This document shows positions 23,743-37,362 of a stretch of DNA of 64,000 nucleotides, piece by piece. A program made the translations under genes and the position numbers. The notes beneath the pieces were generated by a model that saw only the letters and a program-made list of their open reading frames with translations, was not told the DNA's origin and did not search any database. Origin of the DNA: Lingula anatina (Eukaryota > Animalia > Brachiopoda). Where the stretch lies: the NCBI GenBank assembly GCA_051362555.1, contig CM120648.1, forward strand, positions 15,868,587-15,932,586. Reading direction: 5' to 3'. Positions within the stretch are counted from its first letter, which is position 1. Each line of letters starts with the position of its first letter.

Positions 23743-26700
23743 CTAAGTCCTTTTTATTTTTGGAATTAAAATAAAAGTCATAAATGAACACAAAGACAGT
23801 CCAACAGAACCAAATACAAGGTATATTTTAGCGTCCAAACAGAGGCTGTTAGAAAGGGCGTAAATCACAGTCGATGAAAGGTAGTTGCTGGTTCTTGCTG
23901 CTGCAAATGCTGGCCATTTTTCGTCTGGAAACGTGTGCCCTATGAAAGCTGAAAAAATTAAATTTAAATAACCACAAACGTTGGAATAAATTTGGACATC
24001 ATACATGTAATTATGCAATTAACCAAATAAAAAGGGATAAGAATAGTAAAGTAGGCGTGAAAGGACTGTTACAAGTACGCCGAAAACTGTTATTTTAAAT
24101 AAGTTTATTACTTTTCACTATGTGGAATGACATAGAAAAGGATCACCAATTGAAAAATATTGCATTTAACATTTTTACCATGTCCACCATTAAGACAGAT
24201 ACATACCCATCGTTTGGGTCAGCCACACGGCGTCCGCTACACCCCAGGCCGCAGGGACAAAGAAGTGATACTCAATAATAATATCCGCTGGATCAAGTGC
24301 CAACATACTGGCCAGGCATGCGCAGTTGATGCAAGTGGCAAACACGCACATGGCTGGCAGACCGGTGAACTTGATGAGGCGACCAATCACAGCGTTTCCT
24401 ATGCTTCTTCCGGCCGAGTAGCATATCATGGACCACCCGTTGTAATTGACACCTATTACACAGCTCACAAATGCCTGAAAATATTGAAGGACATTACTAT
24501 GTATTAATTGGTATGAGCTGTCAATTAATCATGGGTTGAAGTATTTTTTTTTTGGTACTAAGATGTACACTGCATGGATTTTGTCACAGAACCAAAGTGT
24601 TAAATCATTGCACTCAATTAAATTCCACACACTACTCTACTTTATTTAGCCTACATTAAACCACCTTTAAATGTTGAAATCTAAGGCCCGTATTCCAGAA
24701 TCTCTCTTTAGCGTTAAGGGAGACCTAAAGTCGACCTTATACAAAATTTGTATTCCAAGACCTTTCTTTATCTCACTTGAAAGGAATCACTTAACAATCA
24801 TCCTTAGCAAAGGAATCGGTCATTTCTAGAATCTGCCTTTGCTTAAAGATTTCCTTTATTTTCGGCTCAGGATTCCATAAAAGGTAAGGTTGGTCTGGAG
24901 TAACTTTAAGTCTTCCTTAAGCAGCATTCGTGTACATTGCTCTTGTGAAAATCAGCTCCATGGAGGACTATTTAAACCAACATGCCTACCTTAATTCAAA
25001 ATCATTAAATTAAACTAGAAAAGCACTCCAACAGCAAAGTCTACACCCAATTTTCATTATATAATGATTTAGTTTTTTTTATTTTTGATTATTGATCCGG
25101 ATCACCACCAAAAACCAATAATCTGTTCCTTGGCCCACTTGTGACAGTTCCTGAACATTTCATCACAATCAGCACATAACATTTTGAGTTTTTTTAATTA
25201 ATGATACTTTATTGATTATTGATCTTGATCACCACCAAAAACTAATCACTTCTAATATAAGCCATTTCTGACCTACCCTAAAAATTTCATCAAAATTGGC
25301 CTGTAACTTTTTGAGTTATGTTGATGACAAACGAACAAACAAACAGACAGTCAGACAGACAAACAAACAGGGATGAAAACAACCTCCTTGGCGGAAGTAA
25401 TACATTTGAGCGAGGATAGGCTTTTCTCTGTTGACTAGTTGCATCAGTATAGCTGCTTTTTTTTTGATATTATAAAAGGGTCTACGACTTTGGTTTTCTC
25501 ATCCTCCAAACCATTCTTTTTTCTTCTTGCCATGCATACTTGCTTTATGCACTAAATTTAGCTTATATCAAAACATCCACATGCATTTATTATGTCCATA
25601 TGCGCTATTGCATGACTGTTGATCAGTTGACCCCAATTAATTTTCAATAAATAACATTACTGAGGCGTTTTAAACGAGGAGAGTGTCACAAAAGCCTACT
25701 CTAACGAATGAGGAGCTCCTTTATGTCAGTGTCCCTTACCTAAAGGCTGACTTTTGTCAAAGTAATTCCTCATCAAAGGAGAGGCTAAAGTGTGGTCTTA
25801 GAATACCATTTCGTTAGGCCTTGCTTTACCAAGGAACACCTCATCAAAGGAAGCCTTTATAAAAGTTGACCTTAGACTTATTTTAAGGAACATCTTGGAA
25901 TACGGGCCTAAGACTTTCAAATCCTGCGTAGCACCTTGGTAAACTCGGTGGCAATAAACTCTTGCCCCAAACCAGCCGTAACCAACAAAGGAACTATCAA
26001 CACAAGCTTCTTCTTCCACAGTAGATTCAGAACACTGTTGCAAAAATCTCTGGCACCATGAAGCGCGTCTCCGGACGTGGGGTGAATATTCTTAAGAAAC
26101 AAAAGAGTGACACAGCAGGCTATGCAGATGAGTCCGATGTACGACCCCAATAGGATATACACAATGTATTGTTCAGGTTCTCTAATGTGTGTACCAGTAA
26201 CGTCCTCCCAAGGACAAAAAGATGGCCCACACAACTCGCTCAAGTCCCCAAACTCCGATGACTCCGTCCTATTATCCATTTCATCGGTTGTGAGGACCAG
26301 AGATGAAATGAGGTTAGCCCATATAAAGTTGGTAGTGAATATCGTTGAAAACAGTCCGTTGAAGAACCCCATTACGTGGTGAAGCGGTTTTTTTGTGATT
26401 TTGGCGTAGTCTACTGCCAGTGCCGTGATGTAAACGTTACTGGTTATCATACCATTGGCAAAAACTGAAAATAGTCAACCAATAAACATACTCAGTTTAT
26501 TTATTTATGTATCTATACAAATTTGGCTACAATTTTGAACGAAGGTTTATATCAATACCCACTGTTTGAGATACAAGTTAGTCTTTGAACCACCCCGTAC
26601 GTATCAAATGTACAGGTCCACAATCAAAATCTTATAAGACACCGAAGGATATTAATACAACGGGAAGGTTCAAAATAACAACAAATAACGGTTGATCTTG

Positions 26701-27911
26701 TTTTTTAGATAAAATATATTTATTTATTTTAGTTCTGGGAAAATCAATAAAATAAAGCAGTTATCGTCTAAAATAATACTGATTTCCTATTTCTTTTGAT
26801 TAAACATGTGCACTGTAAATGTTGCCATTCAGAGGGCACATTTAAATGTATTTTTAATTAAATTCCACGTTCAAGCAAGCATTTTGCTCTGAAGTTCTCT
26901 TGTAGTTCCTCTTCGTAAGGTAACTACACAGATAAACAACCTCTCGGGTCCGACATAGAGATCATACGAAGTTGTATGACGTAATGTGTTATAGTCCAAT
27001 AGTTATTAAGTAATGCGGCGGTCTCTGTGTATGACGACGAGGTTAAGAAATTAATTATACAATTAAAGGTAGTTAAAGTTTGCGTCATGGACCATACATG
27101 TAGATAAGGAATAAGGATATAAGCTATACCTGGAGAGATACACGGGAGTCAGCTGGGGAGACATGTAGAAGGAAGCAACGAAGGAGGAGATTGGAAGCGA
27201 CGGAGTACAGAGCTGATGAGTTAAGAGTTGGAGGCTTCATATCACTTAGAATATATAGTTACCTAGCGTCAACGAATAAATCATTTAACTGGTCATTATG
27301 TGGACTTGGGTTTTCTTTGCGCGACCTTACGTAAATCTGACACGAACCGTGGAGTCTTTGGATTGCGTTATCCACTAAGTCAGTCTAAAACGTAATGTCC
27401 TATTTCGAGCCCACGCTTGAATTAAGCGTTCTAAATTATATAAGTTTAGGACATACGTCATAGGTATATGTAAAAGGTTCATTACAAACCGTCATAGTGG
27501 TACAAGCTACATGAAAAAGTTGTACTTACATATTCCACTTAGGAATGCCACGGGTAACAATATGTAAGGCTGAACGTAGAAATGGGCCGCAATGAACACT
27601 ATCTGGCTCATTGATCCCAGCATCACTGATCCTTTGGCCCCGGCATAACGTGAAATCATTGGAGATGTCACTAAAGACAACGTACAGCCACCGAAATTAC
27701 ACATTAAACCGTATAGACCGATATCCGGATTCAAGATCCCTTCTAAGTTAAGTATTGAGGCCACTGGAGCGTTCGAGAGCATGAAAACCACGGCGAGTAT
27801 TATCAACTGAGAGACGGGTCCCCATTTTGAGGACTTCTTCTCGTAAGAAGCGAGTAGCAGTGACTTTTCGGAGTTTTCAGTCGAGGCTAGATAATTTCCG
27901 CGCTTCTCCAT
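23743..27911 (-). CDS. unc93a: UNC-93-like protein A, copy 4 (divergent subtype); 4 exons, about 461 aa
   Basis: Exons 27911-27530, 26464-25935, 24474-24207 and 23948-23743. Motifs LCGPSFCPWED, EFTKAFVSCVIG and WGVADAVWLTQ. Near-identical to copy 6. Confidence 0.87.
24685..25908. mobile_element. PIF/Harbinger-like non-autonomous element in intron 2 of copy 4
   Basis: TIRs GGCCCGTATTCCA and TGGAATACGGGCC with a TAA TSD (24682-24684, 25909-25911). The empty site aaatcTAAgactttc is present in paralog copy 6 at about 34089-34103. Confidence 0.92.
25012..25401 (+). mobile_element. Helentron/HINE-like insertion nested in the Harbinger element
   Basis: Starts aactagaaaagcactc. Has an internal duplicated motif ttgattattgatc...gatcaccaccaaaaa and an (ACAA/ACAG)n microsatellite, followed by the terminal hairpin acctcc-ttggc-ggaagt. 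Confidence 0.5.
26910..27490 (+). mobile_element. Insertion of about 0.55 kb in intron 1 of copy 4, solo-LTR-like
   Basis: Absent from the paralogous intron of copy 6. Contains a purine-rich tract followed by AATAAA (about 27275). Exact TG..CA ends and TSD are not resolved. Confidence 0.35.
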
Positions 27912-29119
27912 GATCAAGTCCTAGTCACAAACCAAGGGTTGATTTAAATGGAAGCGTATTAGTTAGAACAGTGTTGTATGGAGCTACCTTCCCCAGCTAT
28001 GGCCATCACTGTTAATGACGTTGCATTTTTAACTGATAATAAAAGACGCTGTCTCTATCTTGAACAAGGACTCATGTGCCCTAGGTGCGTAAACTGTTGT
28101 GGCGCATTGAATGTTTAAGTCATGTTAACAACGTGAGATGGTAGGAAATTTCCCCGCCGACTTAACTTTGGATCCAAGAGCAGCAGTGTTTAAAGATCCC
28201 AATGTAGCAAACCAAAATAGATAATACTGTAATAATAATAATAATAATAATAATTATAATAATAATAATCTCAAAATTTCTGCGATTCTTTCTCTATTAT
28301 ATATGCATGTCCTCTTATAAAATCGCAGTCTATAAAACTAAATTTGGATGTCTATGTTTACCGTCTCAAATGACATCCCTCAAAATAAGAAAATAAGGAA
28401 TAAAAACGGTTTATGGATTGTGATTTTTAAAAATGTGTTTAGATAAATATGGCTCATCTTGCAGGTAAATGTTGAAATCTCAAGAACAATATGTCCACTG
28501 TGTATAGTTCCAGTGTTAATCATGTACCTTATAGAGGTAGTGTATGTCGGTGCTGTGGAACATCACGTGGCGATAACGCCTCCTTTTTTGTCTGATCTGA
28601 ACGTGAGCCGTGCAAGGTCTCCGTGAACTTTAGGGTCATCAGTTAAAGACACAGTCAGTCATCACGCCATATTACATCTGATATCGCTCGATTTGATAAG
28701 TTTTGGTGTTGACTTAATGAGATCAGTTACTCATTAACCTGTTTACTGCCAATACGTTTTAAGGGATACATTGAGCGCTTCACATGCCATTTATGCGTGA
28801 CAGAATATTTTCTTGTGCAGTACATTAACAAATAGAATAGCATGTTGTTATATATATATGTTTATTGCATCCCTTTTTCTGAATTGTTGAATTGTTTCTG
28901 TTCTGTTGATCAGAATGCCGAAGTCTACACGTCAGCATAGGAGAGTTTAATATACCACTATTTCCTCTGTCCTAGAGTAGATTCTATAATAATAATTTAT
29001 CTGTCCAGCGATATGCAATTCAACATTTACTTGTAGTTCAAATTTACATCACGGATAGTAGGGATGATTAACACTAAATGTGTTCAATTGTATTAAAGCT
29101 TCCGATATACCTTTTTATC

Positions 29120-29154
<35 letters not shown>

Positions 29155-29210
29155 TTTGCTTAAGTCAAGTTTTTTTTTAGGTCTTTACTTTTTATTACAA
29201 AAAATATGAC

Positions 29211-30101
29211 TCATTTTTTCAGAATACTCAGTGTGAATCTTCATAGATTTCTCATGCCGATGCATTCAAATGTCATGAATGTACTTAGTGACAGCCCTAA
29301 GAAACCGAAGGTGACGTAAATTGGTATCCATGCACCTCAAGTGGGAGATTGCGTACAGCACGCCGTATGTACCGTGTAGGCCTATGCGTACTGTCACAAA
29401 GGCGGGGCATTTCTCATCAGGAAACATGTGACCTATGTAAGCGGCAAGGAAAAATACATTAGAGTACAAATATGTGAAAAGACGTTATACAAATGTCACT
29501 GAAATATTTATATTTAGTTTTATTTGTGTACAATTTGCAGATTAAATAAGTCATTTAATAAGTCTGTTTTAATTTATATATGTTGTATATCGTCTCTGGA
29601 TTTTCTGGAGATTTCACAAAAGTCGAACAACGGATTTGGAAGTGATTGCACTGCTGTTTACAGGGTTTCACGTAAAGCTCTAAATTCCCTTTTTTATTTT
29701 TTTCTTTGCAAATTTACCAGAACCGCGGGATACTACTGTGGTTGTTTAGAGATTGGTTATTACTCTCAGAGGTGTTCAAGAATGTCAGCTGAATTTATTG
29801 TAGGTCGATCTTTTGTAAAGTGCTCTGAAACCAGTACCGCAAGCAAAGTCGCCTTCAAGTAATGGGCTATCCTGTTTAGCTGTCTCCGGTATTAGCTTAA
29901 TCTTTAAAATCTGGCATTCTGTGAAACTAGTCCTTTAAAAGAAAACGTGTTTACGAACCTGCCGATTGCGTCATCCAGACAGCATCAGCCAATCCCCAGG
30001 CTCCTGGCAACAAGAAATGATACCCGTCCCACATGACATCCGGGTCAAAGGTCACCATACTTATCAGACATGCGCTGTTGGTGCATACAGCGAAGACGTA
30101 C
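29211..30101 (-). pseudogene. UNC93A-like pseudogene fragment (last exon plus part of the preceding exon), duplicate of copy 7
   Basis: 29211-29441 matches the copy 7 last exon, with small frameshifting deletions and the acceptor changed from CAG to CCG. 29959-30101 matches 38082-38224 and then stops abruptly. Confidence 0.85.
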
Positions 30102-30499
30102 TGTAGGTCGATTTTTCGTTAAGTGGTGCTGGAGTTGAAATGATCCAAGTTCCAGGTGATGCAGACCTCCATATTTCATTTAAATAAAAAAAAAAAATAT
30201 CAGAAGCGCATATCATATGGTCATAATCTTCTGGGCCTTGTGCCGAAGCCATAATTGCTCCCAAGGTCATTTTTTGTGTTTGAAGTGAAACCTAGGTTAT
30301 CCATGGTGAAGGCAGTTAGGTACTGATTGACTGGTCAGTTATTTATAACTATAAGATTCAAATGGAATAAGTCATTGAATTAAAAAATGTAGGGACAGGA
30401 TGGCAATACATTTTAAATAGAAAATAACGGCGTTTACCTCAGGCAAGTTTATTTTGGTGCATGAATTGGATAAAGAGCACATTTTAGATCATTTGAAGT

Positions 30500-30544
<45 letters not shown>

Positions 30545-31230
30545 TCACGAAAATTAATACAAGACACTTACAACACAATAAGAGACAGAAACACCTTCCA
30601 CACACCATTCACACACTGCAAACGAAGTTCTTACAAATGTTGATTAAAAAAAATCATTTGAAGTGTTAATTTCCTGACCAATCTAGTACTACAACAAAAA
30701 AAGTGGTAAAAGACCATATATGTACTTTTGAGCTATTTCTTTTTTCTCTGTGAATTTGGTGACATTTGATGGCGTCTTTTCAATTTTATGACATTTCTTT
30801 ACATCTGAAGAAGTCACAGTGAAACAGTGGATTTGAGGGGGTACCTCTTATAAAGTTTACTAAATTGGTATAAAATGTGTATATTTTCACCACTATTTTG
30901 TATCTTTTTAACTATTAATCATGTTAGACACGGTATCTGTAATAAAAGGCACTATTTTTAACAATTTACAGCTGTGAGGTGATCATTTGTAAATAAAAGT
31001 ACATGGGAATGGGGGTGGGACAACCCTGTTGACCAATGTTGTAGATCTCTGTGCTGGCGGCCGTTTTTTTATTTTCCCCAAAAAATACCTGTTCCACTTC
31101 TTGGATTTTTCTAGATTTTTAATATGATCACATGGACCACTCAAAGACTCGGAAAAAAAAAAAAAAAAAAAAACATACTAAAATTTTTTTGCTATTAGTC
31201 CCGGGTTAAACCATTTTTTCTTAGACTACC
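30102..31230. mobile_element. Composite repeat-derived block at the duplication junction, including the right end of the Tc1-like family
   Basis: 30749-31043 is highly similar to 50592-50888 and ends in the TIR gggtgggacaaccctgttgaccaatgttg-TA. The rest is unclassified, with long T and A runs. Confidence 0.6.
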
Positions 31231-31346
31231 CCGCCGCCCCTTCCCTCCCAAACACACGATAACGTAATTAAACTTAATTAAATGCCCAGTACTTTACCCC
31301 CCTGCTATCTGTGTTTTTTGTTGAAAAAATATATACCAAGTCCTAC

Positions 31347-32581
31347 CTTTGTGAACTCAGTGACGATAAACTCTTGTTCAATTGCATGGCGTCTCCACTG
31401 GATGGGTGAACGTCTTGATAAAGAACAAAGTTATGAGAAAAGCCGTTCCGGACATTGCTAGAAAACACCCCAGGAGAATATACACTATGTACTGTTCAGG
31501 TTGTCGGATGTAGGTCCCGGATGTATCCTCCCACGGACAGAAAGCTGGTCCACATAGCTGGCTTAAATTCAGTGGGTTTGGAAGCCCTGTTCCGTTGAAA
31601 TAGTTCTCTACGGGTTTGCTTAGAATCAGCGATGAAACGAGGTTGCTCCAAACGGAGTCAAACGCAAACATGGCAAAGAATACTCCGTTACACATGCCCA
31701 TGACTGTGTTTTGCGATTTTTTAGTGATTTCTGAATACTGTAGGGCGAACGTGGTCACGAAAACACTACTGGTGATCATTGTCTGCGCATGCACTGAAAT
31801 CAAGGTTTCAAGCTCTTATAAATTCCATTCCATTTCTAAAAAATGAATAATTAAAAAAGTAAATAAATAAAACACAGTTTTTGCTATCAGTTAGTAAATA
31901 CCTTCGTTTACATTTTAAACCTGTCTTCATAATTAAAATTCAAGCGGGGCATTTCAAGGAAAATTATTTTTTGGATATGTATGTTTATGACTTAACGAGC
32001 ACGGAATGAGTTGAACTCTGGACAAGGAATGCTGTAAATACTCACATATGCCTACACAAAATGCAACTGGAATGATAATATAAGCTTTCACATAAAAGTG
32101 TACAACTATGAAGACCAACTGGCCAATCCAACCGAGTAAGATTGATCCTTTGGCACCCAATAACCGTCCAATGACAGGGGCTGTCACAAAAGAAAACACG
32201 GCGCCTCCGTAATTCCCCATCAAGGCATAATGTCCGATCTCAAGATTCAGAATCCTTTCTAAATTCAACAAAGCTGTGAAGGGAGAAAACCCAAGCATGT
32301 ATGTTATAGATAAGAATAACAGCTGAACCACCGGGGTTCGACTGGGCTGCCTGGCGCCCGATTGGGAGCCCAGCAACAAGGGCTGTGCCTCTAACTTTGC
32401 TTGCGGTACTGGCTTCAGAGCACTTTATGAAAAATCGACAAGGAATTGACAAAGAAATGCCAGAGAAACCATCCGACAATAATGCCTTCGTAGTGTGGCT
32501 CTCTCCAGATGATGCATCTGTTGATTCTTCTTCTTTTGCCGTTACTTCGCAAGACAGAATTGCCTCTACGGCGAGAGCAAT
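31347..32581 (-). pseudogene. UNC93A-like pseudogene (exons 1-2 only), related to copies 1-3
   Basis: Start codon changed from ATG to ATT (32581-32579). Exon 1 is 536 nt versus 487 (net +49, frameshift). Exon 2 (31793-31347) is 447 nt versus 536. Exons 3-4 are missing. Confidence 0.88.
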
Positions 32582-33160
32582 TTTGAAAGGTACAGTGGTA
32601 GGCCTTCGTAGATATTAGATGAAATGTCTTACATTGAGAGGGTCAACCACTAGTTGTGTAATCTGCAATGTAAAGAAGGTTAGCATTGTTAACCGTACAC
32701 ACAGATGGCAATATACCGTTGATCCAATAGCAAGTTGGCCAGATAAGATTTCAATGGTAAACAAGCCTATAGTTGCCTATATGGTATTCTAGGATATTTT
32801 TGCAGTGTACGCTTGGCGCTTGAACTTGATGGCATTTTGTTTGAAATAATAGTAAATATTGAATGTAGTATATACGAACATTATGAATAATAATATATCA
32901 AAACGAAGCGTGCATCTACGTCAAAAAGAGAAGTATCGATGATTTTATTGATTTAAAAACTGATTTAATCAATTTAAGTGGACTTTCCTTTGATAATATT
33001 AGGTGTTAAAATGTTACGTAACACACCCTTAAATTTTTCTGCCTGATACGCTGACATTTATTTCCTAAGAAATGGGTTTAATGAGCAAATATTGTCAAAT
33101 GCCTTAACGTGTCTCTATCCCAATCGCTAAAATTGCTAAAAAATAAGGAAACAATATATT

Positions 33161-35739
33161 CTAAGTCCTTTTTACTTTTGGAATTAAAATAAAAGTCATA
33201 AATGAACACAAAGACAGTCCAACAGAACCAAATACAAGGTATATTTTAGCGTCCAAACAGAGGCTGTTAGAAAGGGCGTAAATCACAGTCGATGAAACGT
33301 AGTTGCTGGTTCTTGCTGTGGCAAATGCTGGCCATTTTTCGTCTGGAAACGTGTGCCCTATGAAAGCTGAAAAAATTAAATTTAAATAACCACAAACGTT
33401 GGAATAAATTTGGACATCATACATGTAATTATGCAATTAACCAAATAAAAAGGGATAAGAAGAGTAAAGTAGGCGTGAAAGGACTGTTACAAGTACGCCG
33501 AAAACTGTTATTTTAATTAAGTTAATTACTTTTCACTATGTGGAATGACATAGAAAAGGATCACCAATTGAAAAATCTTGCATTTAACATTTTTACCATG
33601 CCTACCATTAAGACAGATACATACCCATCGTTTGGGTCAGCCACACGGCGTCCGCTACACCCCAGGCCGCAGGGACAAAGAAGTGATACTCAATAATAAT
33701 ATCCGCTGGATCAAGTGCCAACATACTGGCCAGGCATGCGCAGTTGATGCAAGTGGCAAACACGTACATGGCTGGCCAACCGGTGAACTTGATGAGGCGA
33801 CCAATCACAGCGTTTCCTATGCTTCTTCCGGCCGAGTAGCATATCATGGACCACCCGTTGTAATTGACACCTATTACACAGCTCACAAATGCCTGAAAAT
33901 ATTGGAGGACATTACTATATATTAATTGGTAAGAGCTGCCAATTTATCATGAGTTGACGGACCTTTTTACTAAGATGTACACTGCATGAATTTTGTCACA
34001 GAACCAAAGCGTTAAATCGTTGCACTCAATAAAATTTCATACACTACTCTTCTTTATTTAGCCTACATTAAACCGCCTTTAAATGTTGAAATCTAAGACT
34101 TTCAAATCCTGAGTGGCACCTTGGTAAACTCGGTGGCAATAAACTCTTGCTCCACACCAACCGTAACCAACAAAGGCACTAGCAATACAAGCTTCCTCTT
34201 CCACAGTAGATTCAGAACACTGTTGCAAAAATCTTTGGCGCCATGAAGCGCGTCTCCGGACGTGGGGTGAATATTCTTAAGCAACAAAAGGGTGACACAG
34301 AAGGCTATGCTGATGAGTCCGATGTACGACCCCAGTAGGATATACACAATATATTGTTCAGGTTCTCTAATGTGTGTACCAGTGACGTCCTCCCAAGGAC
34401 AAAAAGATGGCCCACACAACTCGCTCAAGTTCCCAAACTCCGATGACTCCGTTCTATTATCCATTTCCTCGGTTGTGAGGACCAGAGATGAAATGAGATT
34501 AGCCCATATAAAGTTGGTTGTGAATATCGTTGAAAACAGCCCGTTGAAGAACCCCATTACGTGGTGAAGCGGTTCCTTTGTGATTTTGGCGTAGTCAACT
34601 GCCAGTGCCGTGATGTAAACGTTACTGGTTATCATACCATTGGCAAAAACTGAAAATAGTCCAACCAATAAACTTAGAATTTGTTTCAAAATATACATAT
34701 TTAATATGCATAAATTTACGGTAAATATGGCACAATATGATATATGCCGTCACAATAAAGAAAAATAAACCAATGCCAACTCATAATCATTAAAAGACAA
34801 GAAAATGATAAACAACAATATAGCCAAAAATATAAAGATAAATTGACCTACTATCTGCACAATTGTTCCGTACAGTGTCAGTTATCATTTTCAGTTTATT
34901 TATTTATGTATCTATACAAATTTGGCTACAATTTTGAACGAAGATTTTTAACAATACCCACTATTTAAGATACAAATTAGTCTTTGAACCATCCCGTACG
35001 TGTCAAATGTACAGGTCCACAGTCGAAATCTTATAAGACACCGACGGGTCTTAATACAACCGGAAGGTTCAAAATAACAACTCGCAAATAACAGATGATC
35101 TTGTTTTTCAGATAAAATATATTGATTTATTTCAGTTCTGGGAAAATCAATAAAATAATTTTCGTCTAAATAATATCGATTTCCTATTTCTTTTGATCAA
35201 ACAGGTGCACTGCAAATGTTGCCATTCAGAGAACACGAGTAGATTTATCTTTAAATAAATTCCACTTTCAAACTATCATTTTGCTCTGGAGTTCTTATGT
35301 GAGTCCTCCTTATCATACTATCATACTAGTCCAAGCCACAGAAACAGTTATACTTACATATACCGCATAGAAACGCCACGGGTAACAATATGTAAGGCTG
35401 AACGTAGAAATGGGCCGCAATGAATACTATCTGGCTCATTGATCCCAGCATCACTGATCTTTTGGCCCCGGCATAACGTGAAATAATTGGAGATGTCACT
35501 AAAGACAACATGCAGCCACTGAAATTACACATTAAACCGTATAGACCGATCTCCGGATTCAAGATCCCTTCTAAGTTAAGTATTGAGGCCATTGGAGCGT
35601 TCGAGAGCATGAAAACCACGGCGAGTATTATCAACTGAGAGACGGGTCCCCATTTTGAGGACTTCTTCTCGTTAGAAGCGAGTAGCAGTGACTTTTCGGA
35701 GTTTTCAGTCGAGGCTAGAGCATTTCCGAGCTTCCCCAT
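33161..35739 (-). CDS. unc93a: UNC-93-like protein A, copy 6; 4 exons, about 461 aa
   Basis: Exons 35739-35358, 34649-34120, 33892-33625 and 33366-33161. Exon lengths are identical to copy 4. Confidence 0.88.
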
Positions 35740-37362
35740 AGTCCTATAGTCACAAACCAAGGGTTGATTTAAATGGAAGCGTATTAGGTTGAACAGTGTT
35801 GTATGGAGCTACCTTCCCAAGCTATAGCCGTCCCTGTTAATGTTGTTGCATATATAACTGATAATAAAAGACGCTGTCTCTATCTTCAACAAAGACTCAT
35901 GTGCCCTACATGCCCGAAATAAATATATCTGCATTGCGTAAACCGCTGTGGCGCATTGGATGTTTAAGTAATCTGTTAACAACATGAGAAGATCCATTTA
36001 GACATGGCCTTGAGTATAAGGACCATTCCGAGGCCCCTTCGTACTAACTGTGGATCGATCTATCTCCAAGGAGATGCTCGCTAAACTGCAATCAAATTCA
36101 TTGGGGAAAATGTCTGTCATGCCTATTTAAGCTGCTAGGGGTAATTAATTATCGTTTAAAGCCTCAATAGGCTTGCCAGACATCTAAGCCACTTAAGCTG
36201 ACATCAATTTAGCGAGAAATCCCTTGTAGATGGATCGATCCTGCTTGACCGATCTAGGTAAGAGAACTCAGTCATAGACGTTGAAAGAGCATGACCCATA
36301 TGGTGGGAACTTTCCCCTCCGACTTAACTTTGGATCTAAGAGCAGCAGTGTTTAAAGACCCAATGAAGCAAACCAAAAAGGATAATAATAATAATAATGA
36401 TCTCCAAATTTCTGCGATTCTTTCTCTATTAGCTATGCATATCTGTTTATAAAATGACACTCTATAAAACTAAATTTAGATGTCTATGTTTACCGTCTCA
36501 AATGACATCCATCAGAAAAAAACTTTGCGGGAGTCCCTCAAAATAAGAAAATAAGGAATAAAAACGGTTTATGGATTGTGATTTTTTAAAATGTGTTTAG
36601 ATATGGCTCATCTTGCAGGTAAATGTTGAAATCTTAAGAACAATATGTCCACTGTGTATAGTTCCAGTGTTAATCATGTGCCTTATAGAGGTAGTGTATG
36701 TCGGTGCTGTGGAACATCACGTGGCGATAACGCCTCCTTGTTTTGTCTGATCTGAATGTGTGAACCGTGCAAGGTCTCCGTGAACTTTAGGGTCACCAGT
36801 TGAAGACACAGTCAGTCGACATCACGCCATATTACATCTGATGTCGCTGATAAGTTTTGGTGTTGACTAAATGAGATCAGTTAATCATTAACGGTTCATT
36901 TAACCTGCTTACTGCCAATACGTTTTAAGGGATACATTGAGCGCTTCACAGTCCATTTATGCGTGATAGAATATTTTCTTGTGCAGTACATTAATAAATA
37001 GAATAACATGTTGTTTTTTTATATATATCTTTATTGCATCCCTTTTTCTGAATTGTTTCTGTTCTGTTGAAGAGAATGCCGAAGTCTACACGTCAGCATG
37101 GGAGAGTTTAATATACCACTATTTCCTCTGTCCTAGAGTAGATTCTATAATAATAATTTATCTGTCCAGCGATATGCAATTCAGCACTTACTTGTAGTTC
37201 AAATTTACATCACGGATAGTAGGGATGATAAACACTAAATATGTTCAATTGTATTTAAAAGCTTCCGATATACCTTTTTATCTTATTTATCTATTCATTT
37301 ATTTATTTGCTTATGTCACGTTGTTTTTTGGGTCTTTACTTTTTATTACAAAAAAATATGAC

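Noticed and set aside
12739-34567. Recurrent + strand ORFs antisense to the UNC-93 exons
   Set aside because: These are shadow ORFs. They recur because the sense exons are duplicated, and their endpoints are not conserved across subtypes.
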